Origin: an uncultured Gemmatimonadales bacterium
GTDB lineage: Bacteria; Gemmatimonadota; Gemmatimonadetes; Longimicrobiales; Gaopeijiaceae
Assembly (NCBI GenBank): GCA_963823035.1
Contig: CAWGKG010000005.1
Location: forward strand, 96,001 to 160,000
Direction of reading: 5' to 3'
DNA length: 64,000 nucleotides
Numbering within the stretch: position 1 is the stretch's first letter; every line of letters begins with the position of its first letter. The translations under genes were made by a program, and so were the position numbers. Below are positions 55,101 to 64,000 of the stretch, piece after piece. Below the pieces are notes generated by a model, which ran no database searches, was not told the origin of the DNA, and was given only the letters and a program-made list of their open reading frames with translations.

Positions 55101-58073
55101 ATGATCCCTCGGCCCCCGACCAGCGACGAGCCCGCCCTGGTGGGCCGGAAGGCTGAGTTGGCTCGGCTCTCAGCGCTTCTGGTCGATGAGAGCGGTCCGG
55201 GGATGCTCTTCCTGACCGGAAGCGGGGGGCTCGGCAAGACGCGTCTCGCCGCAGCCTTGATCGAAGAGGCCCGACGCGGTGGCTGGACCGTCGCGTTGGG
55301 GCGGGCCTATCCCGCGGAGAGCGGACTCGCCTACGCGCTCCTGTCCGACGCCTTCGTGCCGCTGGTGAACGACCTGCCTCCCGGCGCGCTCACCGCCCTC
55401 ACGCGCGGCGCCGACCGTGAGATCGCCTCGCTCCTGCCGGGACTCGGCGGGACCGTTCCGCCCGCGCAGGACGGCGCCGATCCCGTCGAGTCGAAGACCC
55501 GCCTATTCTGGAACTTCACGGACCTGATCGGGCGCCTCGCGGAGCAGCAACGGCTGCTCGTGGTGCTGGAAGACCTGCAGTGGGCAGGCGAATCCTCGCT
55601 CGAGTTGCTCCATTTCCTGGTGCGGAACGTGGGCGGAGAGGGGCTGCGCGTCGTGGCGACGTACAACGCCGACCTGGTGCAGACCGACGGCTCGGTGGAC
55701 CGCATGGAGGCCTCCCTCCGCGCCGCGGGCATGGCCGATCGGCTGACGCTGGGCCCGCTGTCCCGGGATGACTCCCGCCAACTGGTCCGGGATCTCTTCG
55801 GCACGGCCGCCGCCGTGTCGGACCGGCTCGCCGATCAGGTGCACGCCTGGACGGGCGGCAACCCGCTCTTCCTGCGCGAGACGCTGCGCAGCCTGGTCGC
55901 GTCGGGTCAGCTCCGCGAGGACGACGGGGTCTGGCTGGGCTGGGAGGCTTCCGAAGTGGAACTCCCCGGATCGATCCGGGAGGGCCTCCTGCGGCACCTG
56001 CGCCGCCTGTCGGCCGACGCGCGTCGGGTCGCGGACGCGCTGGCGGTGGCAGGCGGACCCGCCGAGCACGGCTTCCTCGAGCGGGCCGGCGGACCGGAAG
56101 GCGAAGCCCTCCTGGCCGCCCTGGACGAGCTGCGCACGGCGTCGGTGACCAGCGAGGACGCGCTCGGCGCGGACGTCGTGTACGACTTCACACACCCGAT
56201 GATGCGAGATGCCGCGTACGCCGAGTTGGGACTGGCCCGACGGCGCTCTCTGCACGCGGCAGCGGTTCGCGCCCTACGGGCCACGCGTGGCGACGAGCCG
56301 GGCCCCGGGTCGGGTGCGATCGCGTACCACCTCGTGCGCGCCCCCGGCCTGCCGGAGGCGGGGGATCCGGTGCCGCACCTGGTCCGCGCCGGCTCGGACG
56401 CGCTCGAACGGCACGCCGGAGCCGAAGCCGAACGGTATCTGGACGCCGCACTCGAGGCGGCCGACACCGACGCTCTGCCCTCCGTCCTCGACCTGCTCGC
56501 CGGGGCGAAGCTCCAGTGCGGCCGGTACCGGGAAGCGGTGAGCCTCTGGCAACGTGCGCTGGAAGGCCTGGAAGACCCGGCCGCCCGCGCCCGCGTCCTG
56601 CGGAGCATGGGGTTGGCGAGCTATTGGGGGGGGCGCCACGACGAGGCGCTCGGCTTCCTGGAGCGAGGGATCGGTGCCGCGGAGGGTCACCCCCTGTCGG
56701 AGGCGGCACTCCGTCTGGCACGGGGCGCCTGCCTCCTGGAGGTGGGGCGCCCGGACGACGCGCGCGCCGACCTGGAAGAAGCCCTGCGGCTCGCTGAGTC
56801 GGCGGGAGATACCGCCGCCCGGGCGCGCGCGCACCGCGCATTGGCGATCCAGCACACCTGGACCGGTCCGCCGGGCGCGGTGACGGACCACGCTGCGAGG
56901 GCGCTGGCACTCGCACGCGAAGTCGGCAATCCGAACGTCGCGTTCTGGAGCCACTGGGCCCTCGCCGTCATGGAAGGGATCCGCGGCAACACGGACGTGA
57001 TGGGCGAGGAGATCGACCGGGCCGAGGCCGTGGCGGAGGACATGCGTTCGCCCGTGCTGCGCATCTGGGCCGCAGAACTGCGGCTGGAGCGCGCGTACGC
57101 GATCGGAGAGTGGGAAACCGGGATCGCGATGGGGGAGGGGACGATCGCGGAGGCGCGTCGACTGAATCAGACGAACCTGCTCCCGCGCCTCCTGGTCTGG
57201 ACCTCGCTGATCTATCTGGGCCGCGGGCAACTGGATCGCGGGCGGGCGATGGTGGACGAGGCATGGGCACTCGCGGGGCTGGACGGCGACGGCGACGAGG
57301 TCGGCTCGGTCGACATCCACACCGCGGTGCCCGCGCACATCGGCCGCGCCGCGTGCCATCTGGCCGACGAGGACTGGAAGGCGACCGTCGCGACGGCCCG
57401 CGCGGGTCTCGCCCTCGCCGACCAGAGCGGGTACACGATCTGGGGGATCCACCACCTGCAGCCCCTCATGGCGGAAGCCCTGATCCGCGCGCGGGAGCTG
57501 GATGGGGCCGCCGCCCTCGCCGAACGCCTCCGGCGGGAGTCGACCCGCCTCGACCACAAGCTGGGCCTGGCCTGGGCCGACGCCTGCGAGGCGCTCGTCG
57601 TCTGGCTGGAGGGAGACCTGGACGAGGGGATCCGGCGCCTGAAGGCAGCCGCCGAAGCGCTCGAGGCCGTGCCCCTGGTCCCCGATGCGGTGCGGATCCG
57701 ACGTCAGCTCGCGGCCCGCCTGGCCGACGCCGGGCGCCACGAGGAGGCGGTCGCCGAGCTGCGCGCCGTCCACGCCCGGCTCACGCAACTCGGCAACCCC
57801 ACGGAGCTGGAGAAGGCCCGCCTGCTCTTCAAGAAGCTCGACACGCGCCCGCCGCCGCTCACCCCGGTCGACGGCTCGGGTCGTCTCACCGGACGCGAGA
57901 TCCAGATTGCCCGCCTGGTGGCGGAGGGGGTGAGCAACAAGGGCGTCGCCAAGCAACTCGGTGTCTCGCCCCGGACCGTCACCACCCACCTTGCGAACGT
58001 CTACCGGAAGCTGGAGATCTCGTCCCGCCACGAGCTGGCCCACCTGGTGCGGACGGGGCACGTCGCGAGCTAG
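55101..58073 (+). CDS. Large ATP-binding LuxR-family transcriptional regulator (AAA + TPR + HTH)
   Basis: LVGR, GSGGLGKT, LEDLQWA, TGGNPLF, FTHP and C-terminal LTGRE...GVSNK..A..L.VSPRTVTTHL..VYRKL. Confidence 0.9.
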   Translation: MIPRPPTSDEPALVGRKAELARLSALLVDESGPGMLFLTGSGGLGKTRLAAALIEEARRGGWTVALGRAYPAESGLAYALLSDAFVPLVNDLPPGALTALTRGADREIASLLPGLGGTVPPAQDGADPVESKTRLFWNFTDLIGRLAEQQRLLVVLEDLQWAGESSLELLHFLVRNVGGEGLRVVATYNADLVQTDGSVDRMEASLRAAGMADRLTLGPLSRDDSRQLVRDLFGTAAAVSDRLADQVHAWTGGNPLFLRETLRSLVASGQLREDDGVWLGWEASEVELPGSIREGLLRHLRRLSADARRVADALAVAGGPAEHGFLERAGGPEGEALLAALDELRTASVTSEDALGADVVYDFTHPMMRDAAYAELGLARRRSLHAAAVRALRATRGDEPGPGSGAIAYHLVRAPGLPEAGDPVPHLVRAGSDALERHAGAEAERYLDAALEAADTDALPSVLDLLAGAKLQCGRYREAVSLWQRALEGLEDPAARARVLRSMGLASYWGGRHDEALGFLERGIGAAEGHPLSEAALRLARGACLLEVGRPDDARADLEEALRLAESAGDTAARARAHRALAIQHTWTGPPGAVTDHAARALALAREVGNPNVAFWSHWALAVMEGIRGNTDVMGEEIDRAEAVAEDMRSPVLRIWAAELRLERAYAIGEWETGIAMGEGTIAEARRLNQTNLLPRLLVWTSLIYLGRGQLDRGRAMVDEAWALAGLDGDGDEVGSVDIHTAVPAHIGRAACHLADEDWKATVATARAGLALADQSGYTIWGIHHLQPLMAEALIRARELDGAAALAERLRRESTRLDHKLGLAWADACEALVVWLEGDLDEGIRRLKAAAEALEAVPLVPDAVRIRRQLAARLADAGRHEEAVAELRAVHARLTQLGNPTELEKARLLFKKLDTRPPPLTPVDGSGRLTGREIQIARLVAEGVSNKGVAKQLGVSPRTVTTHLANVYRKLEISSRHELAHLVRTGHVAS

Positions 58074-58089
58074 GGAAGCTCCTCACCCC

Positions 58090-59125
58090 GTCGTGTTCCA
58101 AAACCCAGCCGAGGTAACCGACGGCGAGGAGTGTCGTAGGGTTGGTGCCCTGTTTCCGCCGGGGGTGGAGGGTAGCAGTCTCAGCCGACGACGCGAGGTG
58201 ATGAACACGCCGTTTCAGATGCTCGTCATGATCGTCGCGGGCTGGGTCAACGAGCATCAACGCACCGTCATCGCCTACTTGCAGGAAGAGAATCGCCCGG
58301 GAGTACGACGGCAGCGAGGGGAGACGGCCAGGTCGCCCAGCGGTCGCTCGAGAGATCCGCAAGCTCGTGGTACGGATGGCGACGGAGAACGAAGGCTGGG
58401 GTTAGATGCGGATCGTCGGAGAGCTGGCGAAGGTGGGGCATCAGGTCTCGCGTTCGACCGTGCGAACGATCCTGATGGAACACGGGATCGGACCGGCTCC
58501 AGAATGATCGCCGCGCATGCCGTGGTCGAAGTTCCTGAAGGCCCACTGGGAAGCGATTGCCGCGGCGGACTTCTTTACCGTGGAGGTGTGGACCGCAGTT
58601 GGACTCGTCCGCTACCTGGTGTTCTTCGTCTTGGATCTTGGCACAAGGCGTGTGGAGATCGCCGGCATTGCCCCGGTACGACTGATCGAGCGAGAACCGC
58701 TGTCGTGTTCGGGGCCTATTGCCTGCCACTAGCAGCCCGTGGTAGAAATACGGCGGCCCGCGTTACGCGCGCCACGGCCCCGAATCCTAGGCGGATCTCC
58801 GAAGGCATAGCCCTAGCTACGTCGAGGAGATCCAACGACGGGGTAACAACGCGAAGCGTTGTCGGGGCCGTGCCGCCGTAACCCACCACCATTCAAGTTC
58901 TTGTAAGCAATACGGTGGCGGGCGCAGGGGGGTCGCGGGCTCATACGTCGTCGTTCCTCCTCGCCGTAGCTAGGGCTACGACTCGTCGTCTCTCCTAGTC
59001 TGATCCTCGCGAGCCCCCTGCGCGCGGGCCACTGTATTTCTACCACGGGCTGCTAGGACTAGGTGGACTCCTGAATCACCACGCAGACCGGCCGCCTGAC
59101 CCTCGGCTGGGTTTGGGAACAGGAC
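58090..59125 (+). mobile_element. Degenerate IS (integrase-core DDE transposase pseudogene) with terminal inverted repeats
   Basis: Left GTCGTGTTCCAAAACCCAGCCGAGG and right CCTCGGCTGGGTTTGGGAACAGGAC. Fragments YLQEENR, RIVGEL..VGH.VSRSTV and AADFFTVEV...YLVFFV carry stops and deletions. Confidence 0.8.
58733..59052. mobile_element. 320-bp MITE with CTAG target-site duplication, nested in the IS
   Basis: Perfect 19-bp TIR CAGCCCGTGGTAGAAATAC, internal inverted TAGCCCTAGCTACG pair, and CTAG at 58729-58732 and 59053-59056. Confidence 0.85.
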
Positions 59126-59134
59126 GCCTTCTAG

Positions 59135-59250
59135 TTTGTGCCGAGTGGGGGCGGTGGGAGACGAGACCCGCGCGGACTGCGCGCAGCGCAGAACGCCGAG
59201 CGGGTTTGGTGCCGATGGAGCAAGGACGCGCTCGCGAGACCTTCCCACCT
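59135..59250 (+). repeat. Orphan partial copy of the tmRNA-linked unit
   Basis: TTGTGCCGAGTGGGGGCGGTGGGAG...GGGTTTGGTGCCGATGGAGCAAGGACGC...GACCTTCCC. Confidence 0.85.
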
Positions 59251-59425
59251 TCTACCTAGAATTGGGGGTGTCCACCCAATCGGGGGTACTCCAAATGGCC
59301 TACATCGCTCCCTAAGCGCGAGGGGTATATTTGCTGACTCGCATCGGCCTACCGTCATCCCTTCCCCCGGACATCGCCGAACAGTGTACGCCGTTCTTCA
59401 TTCTCCCCAAGGATGCATTGGAGGC

Positions 59426-59827
59426 GTGACGTCATTTCCACGGACTGCGTTGTTCACGACCATCGCCGTTCTCCTCGTGGCCGGTTGCGTATCGGTCAAC
59501 AAGTCCGTGTTGGACCGATCGTTCATGGCTCAGCCCATCGCGAGGGATGACGTCCACGTCTACCTCCCAGGCGACTCGATTCCGGAGTACACGCGGATTG
59601 CAATTCTGAACGCCAAGGGCGACTCGGAGATGACCAACGAAGGGAAGATGATCGACAAGCTTCGCGAAGAGGCGGGGAAGTTGGGGGCCAACGCGATCAT
59701 CATGAGGGAGATCGAAGAGCCGGGGACAGGCTCGAAGGTCGCCAGAGCCCTGCTGGGCACTTCTTCCAACCGGAAGACCCAGGCTGAAGCGGTGTTCGTA
59801 CCCTCACTCCGCAAGCGCCTGCCCTGA
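59426..59827 (+). CDS. Hypothetical small lipoprotein
   Basis: GGAGG RBS, lipobox LVAGC and KLREEAGKLGANAII (YbjQ/heavy-metal-binding-like motif). Confidence 0.65.
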   Translation: MTSFPRTALFTTIAVLLVAGCVSVNKSVLDRSFMAQPIARDDVHVYLPGDSIPEYTRIAILNAKGDSEMTNEGKMIDKLREEAGKLGANAIIMREIEEPGTGSKVARALLGTSSNRKTQAEAVFVPSLRKRLP

Positions 59828-59875
59828 GCTTCCACCGAGGCCGGCCCGAGATCCTCACCTATCTGGAGGAGTTCC

Positions 59876-60421
59876 ATGCGTACGATTGCGATGGCTGTTC
59901 TCGCAGCGGCCCTGGTCCTTGCAACCAATGCTGAACCGGCTCAGGCGCAAAGCCGGCCACAGACGCGCGAGGGTTTCTTCATCGGCTTCGGGTTCGGGTG
60001 GGGATCACTCGGGTGCTCTGATTGTAGCGGCGAGCGCGAGTCTGGCTTGTCGGGCTACTTCAAGCTCGGTGCGGCCGTCAACCAAAGGGTCCTCCTCGGA
60101 TTCGAGTCGAACGGTTGGTTCAAAGAGCAGAGCGGAGTCACCCTGTCACAGGGCAACGGAAGTGCCGTCATCTACCTCTATCCAAACCCCGAATCGGGCT
60201 TCTTCATCAAGGGCGGGATCGGACTCGCCACCCTCAACCTGGATGTGTCCGGGTTCGGAAGTGACAACGTGACAGGCTTCGGCTTGGTCGGCGGCCTCGG
60301 CTATGACGCACGCGTCGGTCGGAACTTCTCGCTCACGCCGTTCGGGAACTTCGTGTACGGGAGCTTCGACGGAGGGAGCACCAACGTCATCCAGGCCGGC
60401 ATCGGGCTTACTTGGCACTAG
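59876..60421 (+). CDS. Outer-membrane beta-barrel protein (8-strand, OmpA/OmpW-like)
   Basis: GGAGG RBS, signal peptide, amphipathic strands and aromatic C-terminus GIGLTWH. Confidence 0.75.
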   Translation: MRTIAMAVLAAALVLATNAEPAQAQSRPQTREGFFIGFGFGWGSLGCSDCSGERESGLSGYFKLGAAVNQRVLLGFESNGWFKEQSGVTLSQGNGSAVIYLYPNPESGFFIKGGIGLATLNLDVSGFGSDNVTGFGLVGGLGYDARVGRNFSLTPFGNFVYGSFDGGSTNVIQAGIGLTWH

Positions 60422-60858
60422 TGGGCAGCTTGTTCGGCGGGATTCGTCCCTGCTATGGACCTTTCGCACCCGGAGGCCGGAATGGGGACCAACCACAGGC
60501 CAGGAAGCTCACGACGCCGCCTTCATCTCGTCCCGCGCACCGTGGGCCCTTTGGACGCCACCGAGCCTCGACTTCAGTTGAGGAACACACCCCGTGGCCT
60601 ATCCGCTCCTTGGGGGAGGAGCCCGAGCGTGACCGTGGGTGTGACGACGAGCCACATGCGCAAACTGGCGGGCTATCTACGCGAGGATCAGGTGCGGGCG
60701 TACTCGTTTCGAAAGACTGCGCTCTCCTCCACAACAGGAGGGAGTTGAGGCGCCGAGTCTTCGGGATTCCTGAGTCGCCGGGGTACCGCACGCCAAACGG
60801 TGAAGTGGACGTTCTGCCGGGCCTCTGGGAGGCTCGGCTGGTGGTGCTGTGATCTAGG

Positions 60859-62094
60859 ATGCCCTCATCGTTCACCTGGCTCGACTACTCCGAACGCGAC
60901 CGGCGACGAGCGCTCGACGTCGTCGATCTCTTCCGCGAAAGCGGGACGGTTGACGAGCTGGGACTCGGCTCCATCCGGGACAGTTATTCCGACCTGTTCT
61001 TCCCAGGCACCAGCACCATCCAGACAAGGGCCTGCTACTTCCTAATCCTCCCGTGGACGTTTCTGCGGATGGAGCGGCTTCAGGTCTCCTCATCGAAGGC
61101 AGAGTCCTGGGCCCGAAACGAAGAGCTCTGGCTCAACCAACGGCTGCTCCAGGGCGACGACACGGTAGGCGTCTTTGGCTCTCAGGCCGGACGAGCACTG
61201 AAGCGCCTCCCGAGCGTGGCGTACTGGGGAGGACTCGCCAGTTGGGGCATTCGGCTCTTTCCGGGCATCGCCAGTGCCTACTTCAGGTCTCTTGATGGCC
61301 ACTACCGCAGACTTGACGCGGCCAAGGGCAGACCGGTGGATCCGGAAGGCAGGCAGGCGCACCCGGCAAACTGGCACCCGCATCTGCCAGACCCTCCGAG
61401 ACATTTCCCGAACAACGTGTCGGTGGCCCTTCGCCGTCAGGATGCGGAGTACCTCTGCGACCGTATCCAGGCTAGGCACCCGAAAAGCCTGCTGGCCGAG
61501 TTGACTCGACGGGCCAACCCAGATGATCTGGAGACCGAGTGGCCATGGGACCTGGCGAACGAGTCCACGATAGCTCCTCCCCTTCGCCAGCATCTTGAGC
61601 ACGCCAAGCTATTCGCGGTGTGCATGCATGGGGCGGCACTTCTCTACAACCTCATGCTGGCAGAGATGCGGGAGAGCGAGGAGCGCGTCGAGAACTACCA
61701 GCTTGAGTGGAACGGCTGGTCGGAGGATTTCGACGGCCTCGGGGAGGCGGTTCTTGGCTGGGACCTCTCCACGGTCTGGTCAGTCGTCCGCCAGCAGGGG
61801 CGGTCCATCGGGTTCCCGACCCGGGCCTTCGTCGCAGCGTGGGTGACCGAGCTGAGGGTCGGCGGACCCGCCACAATGATCCTCCCGGGGTCCACGGCGA
61901 GAGGGCTGATCATGGATCGCGAATACCAACTGAAGCGCTCTCGTGCGCGTCTTCACAGCCCGAGGCACCTGGAGTTGTGGGGTGGCCGGTCCGGCGCGGA
62001 TCGGTTGAGCTACCGATGGCCGGACGCCCGGGCCTTGCTGACGGACATCTTCGAGGGCCTCGAGCGGGGTGGGGACGATGCTGGAAACGCGTGA
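60859..62094 (+). CDS. DUF6361-like protein (first gene of a putative anti-phage operon)
   Basis: FTWLDYSE...DELGLGSIRD..SDLFFPGTSTIQTRA.YFL..PW, R.PS..YW.GL..WGI and RL.YRW. Confidence 0.75.
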   Translation: MPSSFTWLDYSERDRRRALDVVDLFRESGTVDELGLGSIRDSYSDLFFPGTSTIQTRACYFLILPWTFLRMERLQVSSSKAESWARNEELWLNQRLLQGDDTVGVFGSQAGRALKRLPSVAYWGGLASWGIRLFPGIASAYFRSLDGHYRRLDAAKGRPVDPEGRQAHPANWHPHLPDPPRHFPNNVSVALRRQDAEYLCDRIQARHPKSLLAELTRRANPDDLETEWPWDLANESTIAPPLRQHLEHAKLFAVCMHGAALLYNLMLAEMRESEERVENYQLEWNGWSEDFDGLGEAVLGWDLSTVWSVVRQQGRSIGFPTRAFVAAWVTELRVGGPATMILPGSTARGLIMDREYQLKRSRARLHSPRHLELWGGRSGADRLSYRWPDARALLTDIFEGLERGGDDAGNA

Positions 62095-63970
62095 GCGCAC
62101 CCTCCTCCTCGAGAGTCTACGGCCGCCACCGGGGTACGGCCTGGGTCGGGCAGTTGGCACGAGCTACACGCTGGACCTCATCGCGCTGCTGACGGCTCCC
62201 CTGGCCTTCACGTTCTTCGATGCGCACGACGAAGACGGAAGCCCCGTCGCGGACCCGATAGCGCTCCTCGAGGCGCTCAGGCGCCACGCAGAGAAGATCA
62301 CCCTCTTCTGCCAGGCCGGCGCGATCTCGGTCCCAAGGCCAGAGCAGGCACTGCTGGCCTACCTCGAGGGCTCGGTTGTCGAGGTGCGGTCGCCCATGGG
62401 GGCCGGGATCTTCCACCCAAAGGTCTGGGTGATGGAGTTCGTCGCCGAGGGTCAGCCCGCCATCTACCGTTTCCTGTGCCTCAGCCGGAATCTCACCTTC
62501 GATCGCGCGTGGGACACCTGCCTCTGCCTCGAGGGGCCGCTGACGAATCGGCAGAGAGGGTACCGCAGGAACGAGCCGCTCTCCAGCTTCCTGTCGGCTC
62601 TGCCGGACCTGGCCGCACGGCCGGTCCCCGCGTCGGTTCGAGAGGATCTGCGCCGCATGGCGGACGAAGTGCGACGCGTCAGCTTTGGCACGCCAGAGCC
62701 GTTCAGCGACTTCGTGGTCCATCCGCTCGGGTTGAAGCCAGGCCACTCCTGGCCGTTTCCGCCGGCGGAACGTGCTCTGGTGGTGTCCCCGTACCTGGCC
62801 ACACCCACAGTCGAGCGGCTCAAGCGCGATCACGCGCTCGAGATCCTGGTGTCTCGGCCGGACGCAATCGACGAAGTCCACCTGCGTTCAGGCGGAGAGG
62901 CAAAGGCTCTGCCGGAGGAGTGCTTCGTTCTCGCTCGGGGGGCCAATCTCGACGCACGAGAGGGCGCCGAGGATGACGCGGCTACGCTGGAGGAAGGGGC
63001 TACCGAGCCCGGGGCGCCTGATGCGCCGGAGCTCACCGGGCTCCATGCCAAGCTCTTCGTCTTTGAGGACGGTTCCGAAACCCGAATGTTCACGGGCTCC
63101 GCGAATGCCACCCAGGCGGCATTTGGGCTCAATGTAGAGCTGCTGGTTGAACTCGTTGGGCCTACCAAGTCATGTGGGATCGACGCTTTGCTCGGACGCG
63201 AGGATGATCCACGGCAAGACACCCTGAGGTCGCTACTTCAGACATATCGGCCGGAGGCGCGTCTGGTCGTCGATGATGACCAACGAGCACTGGAGCACCG
63301 GGTCGATCAACTCGCTGCCGAGCTGGCAGGATCACATCTCATCGCAGAAGCGCAGGAGCTCGATGGCGGCGCTCGTTGGGATCTGGAGCTCTCCGGCCGC
63401 CTTCCTCCGATCCCCGATGGCGCATCCGTGCGAGCGTGGCCCGTCACGCTTTCATCCGAGAGCGCCCGCAACGTGAGTGGTGGCGCCGAGGACAGGCTCG
63501 CGACGTTCGAGGCCCTGTCCTTCGAGGCCCTCAGTGGCCTCTTCGCCTTCGAGATCGTACTCCAGGACGGTCAGGCCAAGGCCAAGCGGCGGTTCGTGGT
63601 GACGGTGGAACTCCGAGGAGCGCCGGCGGACCGGAAGGAGCGTTTGCTGAGGTCCTTCCTGAAGGATCGCCGCCAGGTCCTTCGGCTGCTACTGCTCTTG
63701 CTCATGGATGAAGGGGCGGATGTCTCGATGTTCATCCAGGCGTCCCATGACCCGGAAGCCCGACCCACCGGTCCGTTCGGAGGCCCAGCCGAAGCCACGC
63801 TCCTGGAGTTGCTTCTCCGTAGCCTGGATGCCAGCCCCGACCGAATCGATCATGTCGGGCGGCTCATTGCCGACCTGAGTCGAACGAGTGAGGGACGCGA
63901 CCTCCTCCCCGAGGACCTCGATGTGATCTGGAAGCCAATCCAGGCTGTGCGCCAGGAGCTCTCCCGGTGA
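62078..63970 (+). CDS. Phospholipase-D-family protein with two HxK motifs
   Basis: LRPPPGY.L..AVGTSYTLDL, FHPKVW...SRNLT, SP and LHAKLFV...GSANAT. Confidence 0.8.
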   Translation: MLETRERTLLLESLRPPPGYGLGRAVGTSYTLDLIALLTAPLAFTFFDAHDEDGSPVADPIALLEALRRHAEKITLFCQAGAISVPRPEQALLAYLEGSVVEVRSPMGAGIFHPKVWVMEFVAEGQPAIYRFLCLSRNLTFDRAWDTCLCLEGPLTNRQRGYRRNEPLSSFLSALPDLAARPVPASVREDLRRMADEVRRVSFGTPEPFSDFVVHPLGLKPGHSWPFPPAERALVVSPYLATPTVERLKRDHALEILVSRPDAIDEVHLRSGGEAKALPEECFVLARGANLDAREGAEDDAATLEEGATEPGAPDAPELTGLHAKLFVFEDGSETRMFTGSANATQAAFGLNVELLVELVGPTKSCGIDALLGREDDPRQDTLRSLLQTYRPEARLVVDDDQRALEHRVDQLAAELAGSHLIAEAQELDGGARWDLELSGRLPPIPDGASVRAWPVTLSSESARNVSGGAEDRLATFEALSFEALSGLFAFEIVLQDGQAKAKRRFVVTVELRGAPADRKERLLRSFLKDRRQVLRLLLLLLMDEGADVSMFIQASHDPEARPTGPFGGPAEATLLELLLRSLDASPDRIDHVGRLIADLSRTSEGRDLLPEDLDVIWKPIQAVRQELSR

Positions 63971-64000
63971 CACTCCGGATCGAGCAAACGCGGCCTGACG
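63967..64000 (+). CDS. Start of the next operon gene (possibly a helicase), cut by the window edge
   Basis: GTG overlapping the PLD stop (GTGA). Only MTLRIEQTRPD is visible, so the product is inferred from context alone. Confidence 0.4.
   Translation, partial: MTLRIEQTRPD

Noticed and set aside
59426..60850. Integron cassette array for the small lipoprotein and OMP genes
   Set aside because: I found no convincing attC (RYYYAAC...GTTRRRY) pairs and no intI in the window.

Overview
High-GC bacterial chromosome segment. Gene order and content (rpsA, pcc/mcm, rib operon-nusB, hpf-hprK-mannose-type PTS-ptsI-metK, recO-selB, dusB) suggest Gemmatimonadota, but this is an inference. About 1-41,300 is mostly core genome with many single-base frameshifts even in essential genes (argS, accC, recO, selB), which I read as long-read indel errors rather than pseudogenes. 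A tmRNA gene (ssrA, 41369-41720, tag ANTNMAMAA) starts an accessory island that runs to the window end, and no tyrosine or serine integrase is visible in it. The island contains eight direct copies of the 16-bp tmRNA 3' end (ACTCCCGCCGCCTCCA). It has ~210-bp palindromic units in which this core alternates with inverted copies of itself around GNA-triloop hairpins that show covariation, plus a diverged duplicate of the tmRNA 3' half. It also has three ISCR/IS91-type HUH rolling-circle elements (one near-complete, two remnants), two of which end exactly at the tmRNA T-loop GGTTC|GACTCCC. Cargo includes a C69-like peptidase, a BCCT transporter, a cystathionine gamma-synthase-family enzyme, an SDR-FAD-oxidase fusion, a LuxR/AAA regulator, a MITE nested in a dead IS, and a DUF6361-PLD-(helicase) putative anti-phage operon. 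The best candidate for an undescribed system is tmRNA-targeted, HUH-transposase-associated integration with non-autonomous ssDNA hairpin units.
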